A stretch of DNA of 64,000 bases from Macrostomum hystrix (lineage: Eukaryota; Animalia; Platyhelminthes), in assembly GCA_950097015.1 (NCBI GenBank), contig CATNEN010000010.1, positions 1 through 64,000 on the forward strand, in the 5' to 3' direction. Below the pieces are notes generated by a model, which did no database searches, had not been told where the DNA came from, and saw only the letters and a program-made list of their open reading frames with translations. Of this stretch, positions 36,901-47,965 are shown in pieces. How positions within the stretch are numbered: position 1 is the stretch's first letter; every line of letters starts with the position of its first letter. The position numbers and the translations under genes were made by a program.

Positions 36901-39900
36901 AGCGCCCCGCTGACGCCCTACCAGCTGGAACTGCAGTTGCTGAGATTCTTCCACAGGGACTACCTGCAGATGTACTTCGGATTCCTGTGAGTATTCTCAT
37001 TCCATTCGCACCCACCGATTTCCGATTCACGCCAATCTTGATCACCGCTCACCCCGCTCAGTCGGCACGATCAGAAGCGCTCTGGCATCATCACGGAGGC
37101 CGCCTTCTTCTCTGTGCTCCGTCGGCTACTGCCGGACGACGAAATCAGCGACGCGCAGCTGGACGAAGTGCTGTCCAAGATTGCCAGGGGCCGCAGCGGG
37201 GCCGTGCCGTACAGGGCTTTCCTGGAGCTCTTTCACATAGCGTAAGTCCCGAGATTCAATCTGGACGGTGACTAGATCAAGCCAGATTCAATCTAGACAG
37301 TGACTAGATCAAGCCAGATTCAATCTAGATGGTGACTAGATCAAGCCAGATTCAATCTAGACAGTGACTAGATCAAGCCAGATTCAATCTAGACGGTGAC
37401 TAGATCAAGCCAGATTCAATCTAGACAGTGACTAGATCAAGCCAGATTCAATCTAGACAGTGACTAGATCAAGCCAGATTCAATCTAGACAGTGACTAGA
37501 TCAAGCCAGATTCAATCTAGATGGTGACTAGATCAAGCCAGATTCAATCTAGATGATGACTAGATCAAGCCAGATTCAATCTAGATGATGACTAGATCAA
37601 GCCAGATTCAATCTAGACAGTGACTAGATCAAGCCAGATTCAATCTAGATGGTGACTAGATCAAGCCAGATTCAATCTAGACAGTGACTAGATCAAGCCA
37701 GATTCAATCTAGACAGTGACTAGATCAAGCCAGATTCAATCTAGACAGTGACTAGATCAAGCCAGATTCAATCTAGATGGTGACTAGATCAAGCCAGATT
37801 CAATCTAGATGATGACTAGATCAAGCCAGATTCAATCTAGACAGTGACTAGATCAAGCCAGATTCAATCTAGACAGTGACTAGATCAAGCCAGATTCAAT
37901 CTAGACAGTGACTAGATCAAGCCAGATTCAATCTAGACAGTGACTAGATCAAGCCAGATTCAATCTAGATGGTGACTAGATCAAGCCAGATTCAATCTAG
38001 ACAGTGACTAGATCAAGCCAGATTCAATCTAGATGGTGACTAGATCAAGCCAGATTCAATCTAGATGATGACTAGATCAAGCCAGATTCAATCTAGATGG
38101 TGACTAGATCAAGCCAGATTCAATCTAGATGGTGACTAGATCAAGCCAGATTCAATCTAGACAGTGACTAGATCAAGCCAGATTCAATCTAGACAGTGAC
38201 TAGATCAAGCCAGATTCAATCTAGACAGTGACTAGATCAAGCCAGATTCAATCTAGATGGTGACTAGATCAAGCCAGATTCAATCTAGATGATGACTAGA
38301 TCAAGCCAGATTCAATCTAGATGGTGACTAGATCAAGCCAGATTCAATCTAGATGATGACTAGATCAAGCCAGATTCAATCTAGACAGTGACTAGATCAA
38401 GCCAGATTCAATCTAGACAGTGACTAGATCAAGCCAGATTCAATCTAGATGGTGACTAGATCAAGCCAGATTCAATCTAGATGGTGACTAGATCAAGCCA
38501 GATTCAATCTAGATGGTGACTAGATCAAGCCAATTCGGTATAAACTCCCCAACCGCCACAGTCCGAACTCCTGGAATCGAGATGCCGCAGTTGGCAGAGT
38601 TCGGTTCTCGCGACCTCCCACTCCGCTGCGACCGCAGCTGCAGTCCACCGCCGGTCGGCCGTCCTCAGTGTCGGCTGCTGCCGCCGCGGCCGCCCTAGAG
38701 GAGTTGCGGCTGTCGCGGGCGACGCAGGAGGAGGCGAGGGCTCGTGTCCAGCATCGGGGCGACCGGTCGGTCAGCGAGACCAGCCTGCTGGTGGAGGACG
38801 CGCTGAGGAACCGCTTCCACCAGGTGGACAAGCTGTTCAAGCAGATGGATCGCAGGAACACTGGCCAGCTGAGCAAGGCCCAGTTTCGCAGCTTGCTTGG
38901 CGCGTGAGTTCAACCGAGGGCTTGAACATGAGTCACTGCTGAGTCATTGATGAGTCACTGTTGAGTCACTGCTGGGTGAATCAGTGACTGAGAAACAACT
39001 AATAGTAGTGTTCCAACCCCCATCTTTTAGAGCCGGCGTGACTCTGACGGACTCGGAGCTGGACACTCTGTGGTCAACGCTTGACACGGATGAGCAGGGC
39101 GGCTGGACCTACAGGCAAATGGTCCGCTACTTCATGACCAACCTGCACGAGCGGACGCAGGAGCGGCTGCGAGCCGGAAACAGAAACGGATGGCGGAGTG
39201 AGTGAGCGTTTCAGGGTCCTAAAATTTTTTTCCATGAGTAGGCTTATTAGAATTCTTCTTCGCTTCACTTTGAGAAAACGTCATCGAGAATAGAGTGACG
39301 TCGTAGTCTAGGTCCTCTCATCAGCCAGTGAGCGAAACCCACATCGCCCACACCAGGCCAGACCGCTGCTGAAAACCCACCCACACTCCGCAGGCCAGAC
39401 CACTCACCCCAAACCCACCCTACGCAGGCCAGACCGCTCAACCCAAACCCACCCACCCTCCGCAGGCCAGACCGCTCACCCCAAACCCACCCTACGCAGG
39501 CCAGACCGCTCAACCCAAACCCACCCACCCTCCGCAGGCCAAACTGCTGACCCAAATGTGACTCGTCTGCGCCAGTGGCGGGCAGCCAATCAGCAGCGAG
39601 CTACGCAACCTCCGCCGCCTCCAGCCGGTCGCCTATCGACGCCGCAGGAGGTTTTCGACCTGCGAGCCGACGCACTGATTGACAAGTGTCGCAGTGTGGT
39701 CGTGCAGAACTGGGACGAGCTGAAGCGGGTGCTAAGGCACCTAGATTCCCAGGGCACCTCCTGCATTCAGAGGGCTGAGTTTAGAGTGAGTGCCGCTTAC
39801 AGCGCATACTGTCAGTAGTCTGCAGGGCATTTTTCTTTATTGAAACTCGTAAAACCCGCTATAAGAATAAAATGAATAATTTGTGCAGGCCCTGGTGCAG

Positions 39901-41029
39901 GAGTTCAAACTGCCGCTCACCCCGTTGGAAATTGACACGCTTTCCAAGAAATTCGAAACTCGCGGTGACGGCCGGTGAGAATTGGGATTAATATCACGTT
40001 TGAAGTTGTCTTCAATTATACACCAACTTGGAAGGAATCCGTTTTCTTCATTGATTTAGATTCAATTATTTGGACTTCCTGAAGCGATTCGTCAAACGAA
40101 ACGAGGATAAGTTAAGCACCGTCTTGAGCGACAAGGTAGGTCTCTGCTGACTGCTCAACTGACATGTCAGCTGAACTCCGGGCTGATTAAATCTTCTCTG
40201 CACTTTTATTTTAGAAAACTGGCACCCGACTGAGAGTGGAGGAGATTGTGGAGCGAATGAGGGAGAAGGTGAGCAAATTAGTTTTGATTGAAAGTTGATT
40301 GCCGATGACTGGCAGTTGATTGCCGATGACAGGCAGTTGATTGCCGATGACTGGCAGTTGATTTGCGATGACTGGCAGTTGATTTGCGATGACTGGCAGT
40401 TGATTTGCGATGACTGGCAGTTGATTGGCAGTGACTGGCAGTTGATTGGCGATGACTGGCAGTTGATTGGCGATGACTGGCAGTTGATTGGCGATGACTG
40501 GCAGTTGATTTGCGATGACTGGCAGTTGATTGGCGATGACTGGCAGTTGATTTGCGATGACTGGCAGTTGATTGGCGATGACTGGCAGTTGATTTGCGAT
40601 GACTGGCAGTTGATTGGCGATGACTGGCAGTTGATTTGCGATGACTGGCAGTTGATTGGCGATGACTGGCAGTTGATTTGCGATGACTGGCAGTTGATTT
40701 GCGATGACTGGCAGTTGATTTGCCGATGACTGACAGTTGATTGGCGATGACTGACAGCTGCAGTGGACTTAAATTACCCACTGTCACATGACCCGCAGCT
40801 GCTGTTCGAGTGGAAGAGTCTGCTGCTGGCGTTTCGCAGGTTCGACTCGCAGAAGACCGGCTACCTCAGCGAGGCGGAGCTCAGGCGGGTCGTGCAAAGC
40901 TGCGGCTACCGACTGTCGGAGGACGACCTGTTCATGCTGCTCACGGAGTTCGACCTGGACATGGACGGCCGGGTCAATTACCAGGAGTTCGTCATGCAGC
41001 TGCTTGACGTAGCCGAGTCGCCACAGTGA
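33904..41029 (+). CDS. EFCAB6: Multi-EF-hand protein, EFCAB6-like
   Basis: Exons 33904-34060, 34121-34218, 34300-34397, 34670-35053, 35782-35986, 36068-36106, 36265-36432, 36508-~36764, ~36825-36986, 37062-37241, 38562-38903, 39031-~39197, ~39575-39785, 39889-39974, 40060-40135, 40215-40268, 40799-41029. Many EF-hand pairs (SDPARNGRVH, IDTQGTGAVS, MDRRNTGQLS, LDSQGTSCIQ, FDSQKTGYLS, FDLDMDGRVNYQEF). The C-terminal W-x-x-L-x-x-x-F-R-x-F-D pattern resembles EFCAB6. Junctions near 36770-36870 and 39200-39580 are uncertain. Confidence 0.75.
34487..34638. repeat. 14-bp minisatellite (CACAAGACACCTGT) x~10
   Basis: EFCAB6-like intron 3. Confidence 0.95.
35160..35520 (+). repeat. Degenerate 21-bp minisatellite (ATGGTATTGACAGGT/CGAGACT)
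   Basis: EFCAB6-like intron 4; many units carry CAG|GT(G/A)AG. Confidence 0.85.
37252..38532. repeat. 32-bp minisatellite (GTGACTAGATCAAGCCAGATTCAATCTAGACA), ~40 copies
   Basis: Period 32 (37268 to 37300); inside intron 37242-38561. Confidence 0.97.
40296..40757. repeat. 21-bp minisatellite (GATGACTGGCAGTTGATTGGC), ~22 copies
   Basis: Last intron of the EFCAB6-like gene; explains the ICDDWQL and STASHRK ORFs. Confidence 0.96.
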
Positions 41030-41100
41030 CGAATTCGCCCTGCTTGACTTCTAAACTACTCATGGACTAAGTAGTTAGTTAAGGGCGTACATCTTTCTTA

Positions 41101-41925
41101 TTATGTCAGACAGTGATGTATTATGTCAGACTGTGATGGATTATGTCAGACTGTGATGGATTATGTCAGACTGTGATGGATTATGTCAGACTGTGATGGA
41201 TTGTCAGACTGTGATGGATTGTCAGACTGTGATGGATTGTCAGACTGTAATAGGTTGTCAGACTGTGATAGATTGTCAGACTGTGATGGATTGTCAGACT
41301 GTAATGGATTGTCAGACTGTAATAGATTGTCAGACTGTGATGGATTGTCAGACTGTAATAGATTGTCAGACTGTGATGGATTGTCAGACTGTGATGGATT
41401 ATGTCAGACTGTGATGGATTATGTCAGACTGTGATGGATTATGTCAGACGCTGATGGATTATGTCAGACTGTGATGGATTGTCAGACTGTGATGGATTAT
41501 GTCAGACGCTGATGGATTATGTCAGACTGTGATGGATTGTCAGACTGTAATAGATTGTCAGACTGTGATGGATTGTCAGACTGTAATAGATTGTCAGACT
41601 GTGATGGATTGTCAGACTGTGATGGATTGTCAGACTGTGATGGATTATGTCAGACTGTGGTGGATTATGTCAGACTGTGATGGATTGTCAGACTGTGATG
41701 GATTATGTCAGACTGTGGTGGATTATGTCAGACTGTGATGGATTGTCAGACTGTGATGGATTGTCAGACTGTGATGGATTGTCAGACTGTGATGGATTGT
41801 CAGACTGTGATGGATTATGTCAGACTGTGGTGGATTATGTCAGACTGTGGTGGATTATGTCAGACTGTGGTGGATTATGTCAGACTGTGGTGGATTATGT
41901 CAGACTGTGGTGGATTATGTCAGAT
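41101..41925. repeat. Mixed 20/17-bp minisatellite (GATTATGTCAGACTGTGATG / GATTGTCAGACTGTGATG)
   Basis: Direct reading, downstream of the EFCAB6-like stop. Confidence 0.95.
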
Positions 41926-42079
41926 GCTCTAACAGTTTGCACGTGCACTAATGCGGTATCTTTATAAAGTGCCTATCTTTGTCATTACTGAGCACCAAAG
42001 TAACAGATTATGCTTCACATTCCTTTTCTTGAGCAGTTGATTGACATCATTTTATTTTTTTGTGACGATTTGTACATTG

Positions 42080-42308
42080 CAGCAGATTGCAGCTGTTGCA
42101 GATTGCAGCGGTTGCAGTTGGCAGCTGTTGCAGATTGCAGCGGTTGCAGTTGGCAGCTGTTGCAGATTGCAGCGGTTGCAGTTGGCAGCTGTTGCAGATT
42201 GCAGCGGTTGCAGTTGGCAGCTGTTGCAGATTGCAGCGGTTGCAGTTGGCAGCTGTTGCAGATTGCAGCGGTTGCAGTTGGCAGCTGTTGCAGATTGCAG
42301 CGGTTGCA
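42080..42308. repeat. 32-bp tandem repeat (GCAGATTGCAGCGGTTGCAGTTGGCAGCTGTT) x~7
   Basis: Period 32 (42098 to 42130). Confidence 0.95.
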
Positions 42309-42947
42309 TTATGTTTGTGTTCTGCCCCAATTCCAGGGATATTATATTTTCTTATTTTATGTTATATTGCTTTATGGATATAGTGACTTAATATTAAAAT
42401 AATTTGCTGATTTTTTTATTTAATTTGTTTTAATGTGCTGCTATTTAGATATGCGCACCGATTCGAATTCCAATGCTGAGAAGCCATTTAAAAGCACACA
42501 AAGGTTGATTATTGACTATCGATTTTTTATTTCAACTGTCAGTTTTTTGTTGAAAATCCTTATCCCAATGTATTCTCCTATTTATGCCGCTGAAATTTTT
42601 TTAAGATTTTAATTTTAGTCTAAACAGTTTAACCTACTGCCACACAAGTCTATTGTATTAAGCTATCTCTACCTTGCAAACTCAGCAGCATATTATCTAT
42701 TTTTCTATGGACTTCTGCATATAATTATAAGAAATCATTTTTTAATATTTGTCTATTTCTAAGCGGGCCTCCGAACCCAAAAATAGACAAATGCACCGCG
42801 TTGTGCGCATATTAAAGAACACCCAAATGTGAGCAAGCAAACACGCAAAATCTGTGTTTTATTGCTTTCGCTCTGTCTTCTGCTTCTTCTGCTCCGAGCT
42901 GCAATGACAACTTTTTATTGTTGGCTACTGCTCGCGGAATTCTATGT

Positions 42948-43027
42948 GAATTCTATGTGAATTCTATGTGAATTCTATGTGAATTCTATGTGAATTCTAT
43001 GTGAATTCTATGTGAATTCTATGTGAA
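42948..43027. repeat. 11-bp tandem repeat (GAATTCTATGT) x~7
   Basis: Direct reading. Confidence 0.93.
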
Positions 43028-43160
43028 TCTCCTGCGGCATTTTCGGACTAAGCGTGGGAATGTGCACAGCAGCCTAATAATAGGTAAACTTTGTGTTTTA
43101 TTTGACACTGTCTGTCAGCCGGTGAGTCTGGGGGAGGCTGTCGTGTGATTCTCGGGAGTC

Positions 43161-43243
43161 ATGCAAACAGTAAATAGATTGTTTACTGTTTGCATCAAAT
43201 TCATGTAAACAGCTGCCTGAGCGGTCATTTCTCGCCTATTTAA
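43161..43243 (+). promoter_or_regulatory. Palindromic forkhead-site cluster plus TATA-like box
   Basis: 14-bp perfect inverted repeat (43161-43174 / 43182-43195) holding four RYAAAYA sites, a fifth GTAAACA at 43205-43211, and TATTTAA at 43237-43243. Confidence 0.5.
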
Positions 43244-43658
43244 CCCGCCAAGCCAATGAACTCCAGGAAAAGCAAAAATCCTTGGCTCAGAGGTCGCCTG
43301 TCACCTTGCCGATAAGCCGATCATCTCAAATTTGGTAAGTTCAAATTATTCAATAATTGGCTCTCCATTCGATTTGCCGAGATAGTTGGGCCTTTTGTTC
43401 TCCCGTGTCACAGCTGGTATTTACAATGTCCACTTCGCACAATGGGGCATGGCTAATCCGCCCAGCTTGAAGGACTTGGTGGCAACAGAAATAAATAGGA
43501 TTATGCGGGATAATCTCGCGGGCGGTGGAGGATCCGACAGGGTATAAATTCAGCTGCAGGGCCCGCTGCCTCCGAAGCCATAGCCCACCAAGCAATCTCA
43601 CCTGTTGAATCATTTTGCAGACAGGAAAAAAATTAAATTTCAGACAGTAACTGCCGTC

Positions 43659-44018
43659 ATGTCTCGCTGCGTGGCTCTGCTTTGTCTCGCTGCGGCTGTG
43701 GCCTGCTGCGAACAGGCTCAGGCATGCGGCCCCTCCTACCTGGACAGCCTGGTGATCGGGGGCCAGTCTCTGTCGCAGCAGCTGGAAAGCAAGTACATCA
43801 CACAGTTCAGCGCGTGCATGAAGGTGTTCCCGTCCTCGACTAACGAGACATTCCGCACAGGTCGTGTTGAGCAGTACAGCTGCATGAGCTGCTTCTGGGG
43901 CGACTGCCTGCTGGGCGATAAACTGCCGCCGGACGATGGCAACTGCCGCTCCTACAGGGGGCCGGACTGCAAGATCTACAAGGGCCTGGCAAGCGACATG
44001 ACCCAGCCTTGCAGCTGA
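43659..44018 (+). CDS. Small secreted cysteine-rich protein (119 aa), no recognised family
   Basis: ATG in gccgtcATG context after acceptor tttcag (43643). Hydrophobic signal-like leader MSRCVALLCLAAAVACCEQAQA, 8 Cys in the predicted mature part, one NET sequon, and GC-rich codon usage like neighbouring exons. Confidence 0.8.
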   Translation: MSRCVALLCLAAAVACCEQAQACGPSYLDSLVIGGQSLSQQLESKYITQFSACMKVFPSSTNETFRTGRVEQYSCMSCFWGDCLLGDKLPPDDGNCRSYRGPDCKIYKGLASDMTQPCS

Positions 44019-44437
44019 TTGGCTACTGACCTTCTCTGTACTCTTATCGATGTGCACTATTTTTCTCTAAATGGGAATTGGTTCTCTTCCTTTGCGAACA
44101 TCCCGGATGCTGCCTAGTAGATGGCATGCAGCTATCTCTGTGCAATTCTAACAAATCAAATAAACTAGCTCATGTCACCAACCCCATGCTCGCGCACCGG
44201 AAAGCGCCCGCTATGTCTCGAGTTTTATTCAAATGAGTTTCGCACTCCAAATACAGACTACTGAGTGCGAATGAGTAGCACAGCATGCTCTGCACGGATG
44301 ATATAGACTACTGAGTGCGCATGAGTAGCACCATACGCTCTGCACGGATATTTCCAGGTTTCAATTGCAGCAGTGCTCGGACTCGCTAGACAAAAATGAC
44401 AAGCTTCTTAGCGATATTTATTATTTTTCAGCAATTT

Positions 44438-45507
44438 ATGACCGACTCTTCGCCAGCCTGGGTGGCTGCCGTGAGCTACGCTTTCCTGTCTGGAGCCTCA
44501 GCGGCAAAAATTCTCTGTGCACCAGAAAACGGGACTTTCAGAAAGCAGCCACAAGGATCGATGCCATGTTTTTGAGTTCCTGAGTTTTGGCTTCTTTACA
44601 GCCCAACAGGCAGTTTTGACCATAGACCAATTGTGCCGAGCTAGTTTATTTGAGGTGTTGTCAATTGCGGTTTGAATGTTAATAGAAAATCAAGCGAGTT
44701 TGAGAGACAGTCTAGCAATCCTAGTGCTATCCAGAACTGCAGGCCAGCCATCGCCAGTGTACTAGCAATCCTAGTGCTATCCTGGCCAGCTATCTCCAGT
44801 GTACTAGCAATCCTAGTGCTATCCTGGCCAGCCATCGCCAGTGTACGACCAACAAGGCCTCCGAGCTGGCTCACTGGGTGCCTGACCAGCCCCGCCACCT
44901 GATCTCCCACCCATCCGAGGCTCGCTGCGACCTGTACTCCAGCCCTGGCGTTGCCTCCGTCTTCTACCCGTTCGCGGTGTTCCAGCTGAAAAGACGGGAC
45001 GGCAGCGCGCAGCCCAGCTGGGCCTTGCGGGGTCATCCGGGCTTCCTGCATCACGCCGAGCTGGTGGACTTTTACACCAGCCTGTGGAGCTCTATCGGCA
45101 TCGACAGCCAGTGCTTCGACTGCGGCTGGCTGCACTCGACCCGCCTCGACTACTCGAGCATGATGCTGTTCGCCTGCGACTCGGTGGCGCACGCAAGGTC
45201 CCAGAGCACTAGCTGCCTGGTGCAGATCCTGGCCAAGGATCAGTTCGCTGCCACCATCATTCGCTGCAACCACCGCGGTCACAATGAGCAGGCAGCGAAG
45301 GAGGAGCTGCAGCAGCTCTTCGGCGGCTCACAGATCGCTAATGACGGACAGCGGAAATCGAAGATACTGCGCAGATCCTCCACCGACTCCGCCGGTGTGC
45401 TGCCCCTGTCCCATGAGGAGCCGGAAGACATGGAAACGGGACAGGACGCTGAAGAATTATTTGACGATAAAGCGGCGAAGACTCAAGAAGAATTTGAGCA
45501 GTTTTGA
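44438..45507 (+). CDS. Uncharacterised protein (~232 aa)
   Basis: Proposed exon 1 at 44438-44470 (MTDSSPAWVAA|GTGAGC) and exon 2 at 44842-45507 (catcgccag|TGT...TGA), phase 0. Exon 2 is a 222-codon GC-rich frame; exon 1 is tentative. Confidence 0.55.
44712..44846 (+). repeat. 42-bp x3 tandem repeat spanning the intron/exon junction
   Basis: YYCCAG|TGTAC junction copies at 44757, 44799 and 44841. Confidence 0.85.
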
Positions 45508-45739
45508 CTTTATTAGCTGATTATCTGATTAAATAAACTGGCGATGCAGCTGGAAAATCATCCCACAAACTGTTTTATAACCATAACCATAAACGGCTCT
45601 CGGACGAGAACCGGTGTTTTCAATGTGGTATCGCCGTAGCCATTCTGACACCCTGCTGCCTGCCCTGACACCCTGCTGCCTGCCCTGACACCGACACCCT
45701 GCTGCCTGCTTTAACACCCTGCTGCCTGCTCTGACACCA

Positions 45740-47400
45740 TTTCTTTCTTTCTTTCTTCGTCCAACGTCCTCAAAGTTGCTACAGGCAGCGAGGTGGAGGA
45801 GCGCTCAGAGGCGCCCCAGTCTGCGCAGAAGGGCGAGGACTTGTTCAGGATGTTTCAGGACCTCATCCCAGTTGGCATAAACGCGAATACCATCGCCGCG
45901 CGGGCACTGGAATACTTCTATAATGTGGTCTTGATCTGTGTCGAGCTTGCTACAGTCACGGCAGAGCGGGTCGTCAGTGAGGCCCAGACGATGGCTGGTG
46001 GAATTAGCCAGCACTGAGCTTCGCGCCCTGAGCTGGTTGATGGCGACCGTCTCGGCGCGAATGTGGTGCAGGGGAGTGGTGCGCCAGCGCACGGCCCCAG
46101 CAGCTCGAGGTCTAGTGGCGGTTCTCGGACGGCGATAGCCGCCTTAGCAGCTTGGAATGAAATGGGCCTTTCCTGCTGATGTTCCAGGCGTGCGCGATTG
46201 GCGCGGCGTTTAGCCATCTCGTTTCCCAGGATTTCGCAGTGCGCCAGGACCCGGAAAAACTCGCATCTGTGTTAAATGGCGCTCAGCGTTGACAAGCATA
46301 GGCTGCCATCAACCGAGCCTTGATTGCAGGGGCCGTGCTCGAGGGCTGTCAGCGGCGCCAGCGAGTTGCTGTTGAATCCGGATCGAAGCACCGTGGTCCG
46401 GCATCAGCTGTTTGATGTAGTTGGGGGCCGCCCGTATGGCGCAGATCACCGCCTGGTCACCATGGAAGGTGCGTTGGCTGCTCAGTGTGCAGTTCCAGCA
46501 CACCGTGGCTCTGTGGTCTGTCCAGCTGGTCGTGTGGGCATCGATGCCGAGCTGGACCATTTTAAAGGTCAGAGCCTCTTTCCAGACGGTTTCATTCGCG
46601 CCTTTGAAGTCCTGGCAGCTGAGGCTGCTCCGAAAGGCGCTCGAGGCCGTCAAAAATGTCTTGGCAGACACGCACCGGTTGTTCCTCCGTGCTTCGTCCG
46701 CGGCGGGACCCAGCTTGGGCCGGCGAGAGCTCGCAACGCAGCTCGTGAGGGCCACCACCCACAAGTGTCGGGTCCCTCCCTTTTTTGGCGAGCCGCCAGC
46801 TGCGCGGGCATTGCTTGTTGGTCCAGGTGGCATGTGGGAGCAGGTTGTCACGCTCGAAGCAAGCGGTACGACGGGAGCGGCAGCCTCAGCACCAGTCGAT
46901 TCGGTCGTCTGTGAACCGGAGGCGGAAGTAGGTCTGGCCACTAGACTGCCAGCAACTGGGCGGCTGGGCATCCTGGTTGACGCTCTTAGCGTCATCTAGT
47001 TACGGGATCCCATCGACCCGAGCGGCAACGCAGTAGTTCGCGGGTGGGGTGAAATCCTCGACCTTGACCAGCTTTGTCTCCTGGATCAGGGCGATGGCCT
47101 GGCGTGGTTTCGCGAGCCAATGACTCAGCCCCGTCAGGCGGGCCATCAGTCTGTCGGAATTGAACTGGAGAGCTCGGAGCTCTTGAGTCGGCTCTGCTTG
47201 TGACCTCCGGTCACGCCCCTTGCGCTTGCGTGCTGGCCGACGCTGGGGCTGGGGTTGGCGTTGACGTTGCCTCCAGGGAGACGCAGCACCTGTAGAAGTT
47301 CGCGTTCGTTGTCGTAGTCTGCGCAGACTCGGTGGTTGGGGAGACCGTTAGTCATGTCGAGTGGGACGTCGAAGTGCAGAAATCTCGCTCCTCTGACAGC
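45740..47400 (-). mobile_element. Decayed non-LTR retrotransposon (I/Ingi-like: APE endonuclease, RNase H, C-terminal zinc knuckle), internally deleted
   Basis: Minus-strand peptides: LRALQFNSDRL...AIALIQETKL (APE N-terminus, ~47180-47070); WTD and VLAHCEILGNEMAKRRA (RNase H, ~46520 and ~46250-46200); QLRARSS...HRLGLTDDPLCRDC...DHIIEVFQCP (zinc knuckle). (GAAA)n tail at ~45740-45757. Stops and frameshifts throughout. Confidence 0.85.
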
Positions 47401-47717
47401 ACACCGTTGAGTTTGCTTTACCCCAAAGCCAGAGCTGCCCTTGGCTGTTTCTCCAGGCTGCGGTCAGCCTCCGAGCTGCTCCAGAAGCTTGAGCGATGCA
47501 AATCGCTCGCTAATGAGATGGAAAGCCGAGTCGGCACTTAGCAGCCCGGACCTTCATTGTGAGCTTGGGAGGGCCAAAGATACTGCGTACTGCTGCATTA
47601 AAGCACATTTGAGAATACATTTGCAATTAAATGCACCAGACAACAATCTCCCTGCAATAAAAAATCTGGTGTTTCACGAGCCACACAATTCCATCGAATA
47701 AACAAAAGTCTGTAGCG

Positions 47718-47965
47718 AGATAAACAGAATCCCCGGTAAACACCCTGCAGCTATAAACAGAATCCCCGGTAAACACGCTGCAGCTATAAACAGAATCCCC
47801 GATAAACACCCAGCAGCTATAAACAGAATCCCCGGTAAACACGCTGCAGCGATAAACAGGATACACTGTAAACACCCTGCAGCTATAAACAGGATCCACT
47901 GTAAACACCCTGCAGCTATAAACAGGATCCACTGTAAACACCCTGCAGCTATAAACAGGATCCAC
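47718..47965. repeat. 33-bp tandem repeat (ATAAACAGAATCCCCGGTAAACACCCTGCAGCT) x~7.5
   Basis: Period 33 (47720 to 47753). Confidence 0.92.

Noticed and set aside
39300-39330. Possible 16-nt microexon in the EFCAB6-like gene
   Set aside because: One of several ways to join 39197 to ~39575; not resolvable without transcripts.
40278-42402. ICDDWQL, SDCDGL and LQLAAVADC repeat ORFs
   Set aside because: Products of 21-, 17/20- and 32-bp tandem repeats in an intron or downstream region.
44255-44350. Two-copy ~50-bp direct repeat with an imperfect palindrome
   Set aside because: Only two copies and no link to a recognisable element.
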